Both the position numbers and the translations under genes were made by a program. Shown here piece after piece: positions 9,924 to 17,785 of a stretch of 44,699 bases of DNA. Each line of letters starts with the position of its first letter. Within the stretch, counting starts at the first letter, position 1. Under the pieces are notes generated by a model, which was given only the letters and a program-made list of their open reading frames with translations, was not told the origin of the DNA and ran no database searches. The stretch spans positions 1 through 44,699 of the forward strand of contig JAJRPE010000548.1 in NCBI GenBank assembly GCA_024280935.1. Direction: 5' to 3'. This DNA is from Candidatus Hydrogenedentota bacterium. GTDB taxonomy: Bacteria; Hydrogenedentota; Hydrogenedentia; Hydrogenedentales; JAEUWI01.

Positions 9924-11767
9924 GTGAAAAAAACAGAAAAAACGGTAGCGAAAAAGCCATGGGAAACTATCTCTACCGTGCTTCTGCTGCTGACTTCAAG
10001 AAAATACCCGGCAGCCCGATTGCCTATTGGGTGAGTGCTATGGTGTTGAATCTATTCGAAACAAACAAGAAATTGGAAGATATTTCGAAGCCACGACAAG
10101 GTGCAACGACATCTGATAACAATCGCTTTTTACGTCTATGGCATGAGGTAAAAAGCGATATAGTTGGAATGAAAATTGGATCGCTTGATGACGCACAGCA
10201 AAGTGAGTATAAGTGGTTTCCATACAATAAGGGGGGGGGCTTTAGGCGTTGGTATGGAAATCAATATTTTGTTATTAATTATGAAAACGATGGAGAAGAA
10301 ATAAAGGCGTTTCATGACGAGTTAAACAAGACCCGTCCGGGCGGAAGACTAAAGAATCAACAATTCTACTTTAAACCCTGTGTTAGCTGGTCAAAGGTAT
10401 CAAGCGGAACTTTCGCCACTCGATTTTTCCCTGGCGGGTTTATTTTTGATGTGGCGGGTTCTGCTGTTTTTTTCGGAGACGAAGCAACGTGCCTGTTCTA
10501 CAATGGCTTACTAAATACCTCTTTTGTGCGATATATACTAGGAGCGCTTTCTCCAACCTTGAATTTTGAGTCTGAGCATCTTTGTAAAATACCCGTGCTC
10601 TCTGATAATAAACTAACAACCGATCTGGCTCTAGAAGTCATTTCAAAACTGACACGTGATTCTAAGTGTGACTGGGAGTCATACGAAACTTCTTGGGACT
10701 TTATCAGCCTACCGCTGTTGCAGACCGATCACCGGCAGACATCCCTGAAGGCAACCTACCAGAAGCTCCGTACCCACTGGCGAGAGATTTCACTGCAGAT
10801 GAAGCGGTTGGAAGAAGAAAACAACCGCATATTTATCGATGCCTACGGCCTTCAAGATGAACTGACATCCGAAGTGCCGCTCAAGGAAATCACCCTGACC
10901 TGCAATCCCCACTATCGCTACAGCGGCAACAAGAGCGAGGAGGAGCTGGAAGCGCTGTTGCTGGCCGACACGATGCGCGAGTTCATCTCCTACGCCGTGG
11001 GCTGCATGTTTGGCCGCTACGCCCTCGACAAGCCAGGGCTGATCCTGGCCAATCAGGGCGAAACCATGGATGACTACTACAAAAAACTACAAACACCACG
11101 AATAGACACTAATGAACACGAAGAAAAAGAAAAAGATATTCGTGTTAATTCGTGTCCATTGGTGGTTCAAAATCTTTTCCCGGCGGACGATGACAACGTC
11201 ATCCCCATGCTCGATGGCGATTGGTTCACGGACGATATAACGGAGCGATTCTTCAAATTCCTGCGCGTCACCTTCGGCGAGGAGCACTATGAAGAAAACC
11301 TGCGCTTCATTGAAGAGGCCCTCGGCAAGGATATCCGGAAGTTCTTCCTCAAGGATTTCTACACCGACCATGTAAAACGCTACAAGAAACGGCCCATCTA
11401 CTGGCTCTTCAGCAGCCCCAAGGGCAGCTTCAACGCCCTCATCTATATGCACCGTTACCGCCCCGACACGGTGAGCGTGGTGCTCAACGACTACCTGCGG
11501 GAATTCCGCACCAAGCTGAACGCCCACAAGGACCACCTCGAAGCCGTCAGCATCAGCGGCAGTGCCTCCCAGGGCGAGAAGACCAAGGCCCTGAAAGAGA
11601 TCGAGAAGCTGAAGAAGATGATCGAGGAGATGGAAGACTACGAACGGGACGTGCTCTTTCCCCTGGCCACGGAGCAGGTGGAAATCGACCTCGACGACGG
11701 GGTGAAGGTCAATTACAACAAGTTCGGCAAAGCCCTGAAGAAGATTCCCGGACTGAGTGGAAAGTGA
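9920..11767 (+). CDS. pglX: BREX-1 PglX C-terminal half (target recognition domain + conserved C-terminal domain), split gene
   Basis: Begins ...YRASAADFKKIPGSPIAYW, then KWFPYNKGGGFRRWYGN, YETSWDF, FISYAVGCMFGRY, YKKRPIYWLFSS and IDLDDGVKVNYNKF. Strong RBS GGAGGAG at 9908-9914. Confidence 0.92.
   Translation: MSEKNRKNGSEKAMGNYLYRASAADFKKIPGSPIAYWVSAMVLNLFETNKKLEDISKPRQGATTSDNNRFLRLWHEVKSDIVGMKIGSLDDAQQSEYKWFPYNKGGGFRRWYGNQYFVINYENDGEEIKAFHDELNKTRPGGRLKNQQFYFKPCVSWSKVSSGTFATRFFPGGFIFDVAGSAVFFGDEATCLFYNGLLNTSFVRYILGALSPTLNFESEHLCKIPVLSDNKLTTDLALEVISKLTRDSKCDWESYETSWDFISLPLLQTDHRQTSLKATYQKLRTHWREISLQMKRLEEENNRIFIDAYGLQDELTSEVPLKEITLTCNPHYRYSGNKSEEELEALLLADTMREFISYAVGCMFGRYALDKPGLILANQGETMDDYYKKLQTPRIDTNEHEEKEKDIRVNSCPLVVQNLFPADDDNVIPMLDGDWFTDDITERFFKFLRVTFGEEHYEENLRFIEEALGKDIRKFFLKDFYTDHVKRYKKRPIYWLFSSPKGSFNALIYMHRYRPDTVSVVLNDYLREFRTKLNAHKDHLEAVSISGSASQGEKTKALKEIEKLKKMIEEMEDYERDVLFPLATEQVEIDLDDGVKVNYNKFGKALKKIPGLSGK
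11095..11166. repeat. In-frame imperfect palindrome (28-bp arms, 24/28 matches, 16-nt A-rich loop) within pglX-C
   Basis: ACCACGAATAGACACTAATGAACACGAA (11095-11122) pairs with TTCGTGTTAATTCGTGTCCATTGGTGGT (11139-11166); AT-rich insert in otherwise GC3-rich coding sequence. Confidence 0.85.
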
Positions 11768-11771
11768 ATCC

Positions 11772-13232
11772 ATGCTAGATAAGCCCGAAGGAAAAACCCT
11801 GGAATACAAGCAGGATCTCTCCTCACCCCGTAATTTACTGAAGACGCTGGTGGCCTTTGCCAACACGGCGGGTGGACGGCTGGTCGTTGGTGTCCGTGAT
11901 GACCGGGCGCTTATCGGTGTGGAAAATCCGCTGGATGAGGAGGAACGTCTGGCCAATCTGATTGCGGATTCTATCGCTCCCCGCCTGGTACCCGACATTG
12001 AATTCATGACCGTCGAGGACAAGACACTGCTGCTTGTGGAAGTGCATCTGAGTGGACAGCGCCCTCACTTCCTCAAGGCGGAAGGGCCGGAAGCCGGAGT
12101 CTATGTGCGGCTTGGTTCCACGAACCGGCAGGCTGACCGGGAATTGATCGCTGAATTACGCCGCAGTGTTGTGGGGGTCGCCTTTGATGAGATGGCCATG
12201 CCGCAGCTCAGTGTGGACGATCTTGACTTGGACGCGGCCCAGGCCTTGTTTGGGGAGTCCCGTCCCCTTGACGAAAAGGCGCTGTTGACCCTCAAGCTGG
12301 CGGTTCATGAGCAGGGGCGGTTGGTTCCCACCAAGGGTGGGGTTTTGCTCTTTGGCAAGGAACGCGACCGACATTTCTCCGATGCCTGGGTGCAGTGTGG
12401 ACGTTTTGTGGGCCGGGACAAGGCCGATATCTTTGACCATATGGAACTTCATGACCACCTGCCGCAGACACTGGACAGTATTGTACTTTTTTTGAAGAAA
12501 CACGCCATGCGGGGTGCGGATTTTTCTGATCTCAGGCGCAAAGATGTTTGGAGCATTCCCCTTGGCATTCTTCGTGAGGTGCTAATCAACGCCTTGGTTC
12601 ATGCGGACTATTCCCAACGGGGTGCGCCGATTCGAGTCGCTTTTTTTGACGACCGAATCGAGGTGGAAAACCCTGGTATTCTGCTGCCGGGAATGACGAT
12701 AGAAGACATGAAACAGGGTGTTTCCAGGATTCGCAACCATGTGATTGCCCGGATCTTTCGCGAACTGAATCTGATCGAGCAGTGGGGTAGCGGAATTCGG
12801 CGCATATTTAAGGAAGCGGAAGCCTTGGGACTGCCGGAGTTGCAGATTTTGGAGATTGGGATGCGTGTTCGCGTTATTGTTCCACTGGCGGAACAGCTCA
12901 GTGTACAGCACCCCAAGAAGGCCGTCACCCCCGAAGTCACCCCTGAAGTCACCCCCGAAGTCACCCCCGAAGTGAAACGGCTACTCCTGGCGCTCGACGG
13001 TGAAATGCCCCGGAAGGCGATTCAAGAAGGACTGAAACTGCGGGATGAGAAGCATTTTCGGGTCGCATACCTTCAAAGGGCATTAAAAATGGGGCTCGTG
13101 GAGATGACCATTCCGGATAAACCCAACAGCCGCCTTCAAAAATACCGCCTGACCGAAAAGGGCCATGCCACGTTGGCGACCACCCGGAAATCGGAGGGAA
13201 GCAGCGATCAGGATCATATGTATAAGCGATAA
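11772..13232 (+). CDS. Schlafen/AlbA_2 domain + HATPase_c_4-like domain + C-terminal wHTH protein (often annotated as RecG-like or ATP-dependent regulator)
   Basis: EGKTLEYK...LVAFANTAGGRLVVGV (AlbA_2); LREVLINALVHADYS...DRIEVENPG...RNHVIARIF...IEQWGSGI (HATPase_c_4-like); PDKPNSRLQKYRLT tail. Confidence 0.85.
   Translation: MLDKPEGKTLEYKQDLSSPRNLLKTLVAFANTAGGRLVVGVRDDRALIGVENPLDEEERLANLIADSIAPRLVPDIEFMTVEDKTLLLVEVHLSGQRPHFLKAEGPEAGVYVRLGSTNRQADRELIAELRRSVVGVAFDEMAMPQLSVDDLDLDAAQALFGESRPLDEKALLTLKLAVHEQGRLVPTKGGVLLFGKERDRHFSDAWVQCGRFVGRDKADIFDHMELHDHLPQTLDSIVLFLKKHAMRGADFSDLRRKDVWSIPLGILREVLINALVHADYSQRGAPIRVAFFDDRIEVENPGILLPGMTIEDMKQGVSRIRNHVIARIFRELNLIEQWGSGIRRIFKEAEALGLPELQILEIGMRVRVIVPLAEQLSVQHPKKAVTPEVTPEVTPEVTPEVKRLLLALDGEMPRKAIQEGLKLRDEKHFRVAYLQRALKMGLVEMTIPDKPNSRLQKYRLTEKGHATLATTRKSEGSSDQDHMYKR
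12924..12971 (+). repeat. Tandem 12-bp repeat x4 (GTCACCCCYGAA) encoding VTPE linker
   Basis: Four units read directly, with one C>T in unit 2. Confidence 0.95.
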
Positions 13233-13297
13233 TTTCTCTCACTTCGGGACATTTCTTATTTTATGTGGTAAAATAAGCTACTGTAAGAGAAATTATC
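13228..13297. promoter_or_regulatory. Nested inverted repeats upstream of the AAA ATPase/RloB pair (possible operator/promoter or RNA hairpin)
   Basis: Perfect 12-bp IR GATAATTTCTCT (13228-13239)/AGAGAAATTATC (13286-13297) encloses a perfect 9-bp IR CTTATTTTA (13255-13263)/TAAAATAAG (13269-13277); AT-rich. Function is inferred. Confidence 0.6.
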
Positions 13298-13313
13298 ACC
13301 CAGGAGCCGTGAG

Positions 13314-14663
13314 ATGCTAATACGTTTTTCCATCGAAAACTGGCAGTCTTTTCGAGAGCAAGCGACTTTCTCCATGATTGCAGGCCCGGAGCGTCAGCAC
13401 AACGACCGGTTGGCCCGTGTGAAAAAATATGACCTGCGCGTTTTGCCCACAGCGGCCATCTACGGCGGTAATGCGTCGGGCAAGACCAACTTTGTGAAGG
13501 CCCTTGCCTTCGTCCAGGCACTGGTGGTCCGTGGCACCCAACCGGATGATCTCATCGCGGTGGAACCCTTCCTGTTGGATACAGAGGCGGTGGACGAGTC
13601 CTGCACGTTTCACTTTGAACTACTTATTGATGAGTTGGTCTACGATTTCAGTTTCTCTGTCACGAGCAGGTCGGTGGTCGAAGAGAAACTGGTGCGGGTC
13701 ACCAGCACCAGTGAGACCACCCTCTACCACCGCAAGAAGGGGAAACTGCCTGTTCTCCATGACTCGCTGAAGCCAAAAGATTTCTACAAGTTTGCCTTTC
13801 GGGGCACGCGGAAAAATCAACTGTATTTGACGAACGCGGTCTCCCAGAACGTGGAAGCCTTTCGTCCCGTATATGATTGGTTCAAGAACACGTTGGTCCT
13901 GCTTGCGCCCGACTCCCACATCCAGCAATTTGAATACTATCTGCAGGAAGAACACCCCCTGCATGGCATCATGAACACGACTTTGTCCCAGTTGGATACC
14001 GGCATAAGCCGCCTCGGAGCCGAGGAGATTCCCTTCGAAAGTATCCCAGCCCCCGAGGAACTCTTGAATAATCTGAAAGAGACCCTTAAAGAGGGCAATA
14101 TCTCCAGGCTGCACAAGCGGGATTCCAACGAGCGCTATGTTGTTTCCCGAAAAGGCAACGCCCTGATCGCCCAGAAACTCGTTGCCCACCACAGACGCAG
14201 CGATGCTTCGGAGATAAAATTTGAACTGAGCCAGGAGTCCTCGGGATCACAGCGCATAATCGACCTCATGCCCGCGTTCATTGATGCATCATCTCCACTT
14301 AATAAAAAAGTCTACGTTATTGATGAAGTGGATCGGAGTTTGCATACCCTGCTTACGCGACAGTTGTTGGAGGCCTTTCTCGATTCAAGAAGGGCCGATT
14401 CCCGGTCCCAACTCATATTCACCACCCACGATGTGTTGCTCATGGACCAGCAATTCCTTCGTCGGGATGAAATGTGGGTCACGGAAAGGGACGGGGAAGG
14501 CCGGTCTCAGCTATTCTCTCTGGGCGAGTACAAAGAACTACGCAATGACACCGATGTTCGAAAGCGGTATCTTCAAGGACGACTGGGCGGTATTCCGCGC
14601 ATTTTATTTTCCGGCGATCTGACCGGTACCACCAAAACCGCTCCCGCGAAGAGCGGAGTTTGA
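13314..14663 (+). CDS. AAA_21/AbiEii-like ABC-type ATPase (RloA-like)
   Basis: MLIRFSIENWQSF start, Walker A YGGNASGKTN, signature ESSGSQR, Walker B IDEVDRSLH, QLIFTTHD, LRRDEMW and YLQGRLGGIP. Confidence 0.9.
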   Translation: MLIRFSIENWQSFREQATFSMIAGPERQHNDRLARVKKYDLRVLPTAAIYGGNASGKTNFVKALAFVQALVVRGTQPDDLIAVEPFLLDTEAVDESCTFHFELLIDELVYDFSFSVTSRSVVEEKLVRVTSTSETTLYHRKKGKLPVLHDSLKPKDFYKFAFRGTRKNQLYLTNAVSQNVEAFRPVYDWFKNTLVLLAPDSHIQQFEYYLQEEHPLHGIMNTTLSQLDTGISRLGAEEIPFESIPAPEELLNNLKETLKEGNISRLHKRDSNERYVVSRKGNALIAQKLVAHHRRSDASEIKFELSQESSGSQRIIDLMPAFIDASSPLNKKVYVIDEVDRSLHTLLTRQLLEAFLDSRRADSRSQLIFTTHDVLLMDQQFLRRDEMWVTERDGEGRSQLFSLGEYKELRNDTDVRKRYLQGRLGGIPRILFSGDLTGTTKTAPAKSGV

Positions 14664-14667
14664 CCGT

Positions 14668-15270
14668 ATGACGCGTCGCAGATTCAAGCCTCCACCAAGA
14701 AATCGCCGATTTAAGAAACTGTTCGTAATCGCGACGGAAGGGGAAAAGACCGAGCCGACCTACTTCAAATCATTGAATACCGGTCGTTCCGTGGTTTCTG
14801 TAAAATGCGTTAAGGGGAATACCGCCAGCTCACCGGGTGACGTCTTGAAACGGATGAAGAAACACATCAATAAAAAAGAGCTTATTGGGGGCGACGAAGC
14901 CTGGATTGTTGTTGATAAAGACGATTGGCAAGATGCTGACTTGAAAACACTGCTTGAATGGAGTCAATCCCAGACGAATTTCGGATTGGCGGTGAGTAAT
15001 CCATGCTTCGAATATTGGCTACTCCTGCATTTTGAAGATGGGAACAAGGTGGCCAATGAAAAAGCGTGTATGACCCGGCTGAAGAAACACATGCCCCATT
15101 ACGCCAAGGGTGCGCTTGACATTACAAAGTTGGAATCGGGTGTTGCAGACGCTGTAAGACGAGCAGAGAGTCGTGACAAGCCTCGCACAAAAAAATGGCC
15201 CACTGCGGTAGGAACAACGGTATACCGGTTGGTCGAGAAACTGACAACGACGGAAGAACCTTCTGCATGA
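14668..15270 (+). CDS. rloB: RloB-like protein (TOPRIM-like)
   Basis: IATEGEKTEPTYF, WIVVDKDD and SNPCFEYWLLLHF motifs; directly downstream of the AAA_21 ATPase. Confidence 0.88.
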   Translation: MTRRRFKPPPRNRRFKKLFVIATEGEKTEPTYFKSLNTGRSVVSVKCVKGNTASSPGDVLKRMKKHINKKELIGGDEAWIVVDKDDWQDADLKTLLEWSQSQTNFGLAVSNPCFEYWLLLHFEDGNKVANEKACMTRLKKHMPHYAKGALDITKLESGVADAVRRAESRDKPRTKKWPTAVGTTVYRLVEKLTTTEEPSA

Positions 15271-17771
15271 ATTCACGTATAGCCCAGGCCTTGACCAAAC
15301 TCTTTGAGCGCCACCGCATCATCTTTTGGTATGACACGAAGCATGAATTGCGGGATGATTTCGAGGCCCTGGATCTTCCCGGCATCGAGAAGGTGGAACT
15401 CACCAACAACGAATTTGGTGTGAAGCACCGGCTGCTGCGGGAGGAACCGAATCAGAAGTTCTTGCTTTATCGGGAGGATCCCCAACCGGCGGACCTGGAT
15501 AACTGGCTGTTGGACGTGCAATTGGCCCATGAGGAGTTCCGCACCGACCAAGTGGGTATCTGGCTTTCCGAGCTGGAGCTGGGTCTGGAGTTTGCCGATG
15601 TCGTGGAACCGCATGCGGAATTCTACAGGTCGGGAAAGCGGAGAGAATCCCTGAAATCCCTTCTTGCCGCCGATGATACCCATGGCCGAATCCGCTTGAA
15701 GATGCTCGCCATCTGTGCGGGTTGTGCGGCTGATCCCCGTATCGACGCCGTGGTGGAGCACCTCCTGGCTGAATTGTCTGAGGAACGGGATGAAAAGACG
15801 AAACTGATTGCCCGCTGCAACCTGGACGGCTTTCTCTGGGAGCAGATGACCCGCTTCTACGGTTATGCATCCGATGAGCCAAGCATCCGGGATTTTGTAG
15901 TCGAGCTCTTCAAATCCTGCTATGGGGTGGGTACGGATGGTAAGGCCCTACTCACCGCCGATGCCCTGGTCTTCCTGAAACGTTGGAAAGACAGCCGTAG
16001 CTTTGAGCAGTGTTTTGAGACCCTTTCCAACGAGTGTGCTGGCGTGCTGGGTATCGAGCAAGACCTGGAGAAAAGAGATTTCCGCGAACTGATTGAACTC
16101 GACTACTTTCGGGTGATTGACAGGAAGGTCATCAGTGATTTGGTTAGGGCTGTGGGGATGCGTACCGTCTCCGCTGGTGATGTGGCCCTGTGGGTACGCC
16201 AGCGGCGACAGGGGCACTGGTACAGCGAATTTCGTCACATGTACGAAGCGGTGGACTACGCGGCGCAGTTTATCCATGCCATGGAGGAGGCTAGACTGAC
16301 TATGGAGGGCCTGGCGGACGGGGTGGAGCGTTACAGCCGCTCGTGGTATCAGTTGGACCAGCTCTACCGAAAATTCATCTATCACGTTCGGGTGTCGGGC
16401 CAAGCCTCGTTGATGGGGACGCTTACCGAGCAAATTGAGAATCTCTACGTTAACAACTACCTCCTGAAAGTGAATGACCGCTGGCAAACCTTTGTGGACG
16501 GGACCAAGAGATGGGACGCTTCGCCCATTCCGCTGCAGCGGACCTTTTTCAAACGCTGGGTGGAGCCATTCCTGAGGAAAGACAAGAAGGTTTACGTCAT
16601 TATTTCCGATGCGATGCGCTATGAAATCGGTGACGAACTGCTTAGCCTCATCCGTCAGGAAGATCGGTACAACGCGGAACTGAAGCCCGTCTTGTCCATG
16701 TTGCCGAGTTACACGCAGCTTGGTATGGCGGCATTGTTGCCCAACAAAGAATTGTCCCTGACGGAAAAAGAGACCGGCGAGGTCTATGTGAACGGTGCCA
16801 GCTCCCAGGGAACGGCAAACCGTATTAAGATCCTGGGGGAGGTGAAATCCAAACGCTGCACGGCGTTGAAAGCGAGTGATTTCATGGAAATCAAGGGAGA
16901 GGATTGCCGGACTTTGTTGCGGGACCATGATGTGATTTACTTTTACCACGACCGCATTGATGGCACGGGTGACAAACGGGATTCGGAAGAGCGCGTCTTT
17001 GAGGCCGTGGAGGAAACCCTGCAGGACCTGATTCGGCTGATTAAGAAACTCACCGGTGCCAATGCGAACAATTTGCTGGTGACCTCGGACCATGGTTTTA
17101 TCTATCAAGACCGAGCTATTGATGAGAGTGACTTTTCCGGTAGCGATGCTGAGGGTGACTATATTCTGTATCGTGACCGACGTTTTGTGCTGGGCAAGGG
17201 GTTGAAAGAAGTAGCGGGCCTACGGAAATTTCAATCGAAGGAGCTTGGCCTGGTGGGGGATGTGGAAGTGTTGATTCCAAAATCCATTAACCGCCTTCGT
17301 CAAAAAGGGTCAGGAAGTCGCTTTGTTCACGGTGGTGCATCTCTCCAGGAGGTGGTGGTACCGGTTCTACAGATCAACAAGAAGCGGAAGAGCGATGTTT
17401 CCGCCGTTGAAGTCGATATCCTTCGTGGGACAAGCTCGACCATTACATCCGGTCAACTGGCGGTCGCGTTTTACCAGGCCCAACCGGTGACGGATAAAGT
17501 AAAACAGAGAACCCTTCGGGCGGGCATATTTACCCAGGGCGGTGAGCTCATCTCCGATAGCCATGACCTGACCTTTGACCTGACTTCCGACAACCCAAGG
17601 GAGCGCGAGCTTCAGATGCGTTTTCTATTGACCCGCAAGGCAGATGATGCCAATGAGCAGGAGGTCATCCTGAAACTTGAGGAAAAGCATGCCGGTACGA
17701 CACACTACAAAGAGTACAAGTCGCTACGGTATCTGATGCGACGTTCATTTACCAGCGACTTTGACTTTTAA
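15267..17771 (+). CDS. pglZ: BREX-1 phosphatase/phosphodiesterase PglZ
   Basis: RHRIIFWYD, NWLLDV, VIISDAMRYE, LPSYTQLGMAALLP, YHDRID, VTSDHGF and FVHGGASLQEVVVP. ATG 15267 overlaps the rloB stop (ATGA). Confidence 0.95.
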   Translation: MNSRIAQALTKLFERHRIIFWYDTKHELRDDFEALDLPGIEKVELTNNEFGVKHRLLREEPNQKFLLYREDPQPADLDNWLLDVQLAHEEFRTDQVGIWLSELELGLEFADVVEPHAEFYRSGKRRESLKSLLAADDTHGRIRLKMLAICAGCAADPRIDAVVEHLLAELSEERDEKTKLIARCNLDGFLWEQMTRFYGYASDEPSIRDFVVELFKSCYGVGTDGKALLTADALVFLKRWKDSRSFEQCFETLSNECAGVLGIEQDLEKRDFRELIELDYFRVIDRKVISDLVRAVGMRTVSAGDVALWVRQRRQGHWYSEFRHMYEAVDYAAQFIHAMEEARLTMEGLADGVERYSRSWYQLDQLYRKFIYHVRVSGQASLMGTLTEQIENLYVNNYLLKVNDRWQTFVDGTKRWDASPIPLQRTFFKRWVEPFLRKDKKVYVIISDAMRYEIGDELLSLIRQEDRYNAELKPVLSMLPSYTQLGMAALLPNKELSLTEKETGEVYVNGASSQGTANRIKILGEVKSKRCTALKASDFMEIKGEDCRTLLRDHDVIYFYHDRIDGTGDKRDSEERVFEAVEETLQDLIRLIKKLTGANANNLLVTSDHGFIYQDRAIDESDFSGSDAEGDYILYRDRRFVLGKGLKEVAGLRKFQSKELGLVGDVEVLIPKSINRLRQKGSGSRFVHGGASLQEVVVPVLQINKKRKSDVSAVEVDILRGTSSTITSGQLAVAFYQAQPVTDKVKQRTLRAGIFTQGGELISDSHDLTFDLTSDNPRERELQMRFLLTRKADDANEQEVILKLEEKHAGTTHYKEYKSLRYLMRRSFTSDFDF

Positions 17772-17785
17772 GGGACACACGCTCG

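Noticed and set aside
6860-9960. RT as a group II intron that splices out to restore pglX
   Set aside because: No non-coding intron RNA flanks, no recognisable domain V/VI and no maturase/HNH domain. The RT ORF abuts both pglX halves, and each half has its own start/stop and RBS. The GTGCG at ~6865 lies within conserved pglX codons.
5137-11767. pglX as a simple disrupted pseudogene
   Set aside because: Both halves are uninterrupted, keep all motifs and are translationally coupled. Loss of function is not excluded, but nothing in the sequence indicates decay.
2030-17108. Long antisense ORFs (2030-2995, 5152-6327, 11087-12022, 15948-17108) and similar ones opposite fbaA, ispH and hemL
   Set aside because: Shadow frames of well-supported genes with biased codon usage; no motifs.
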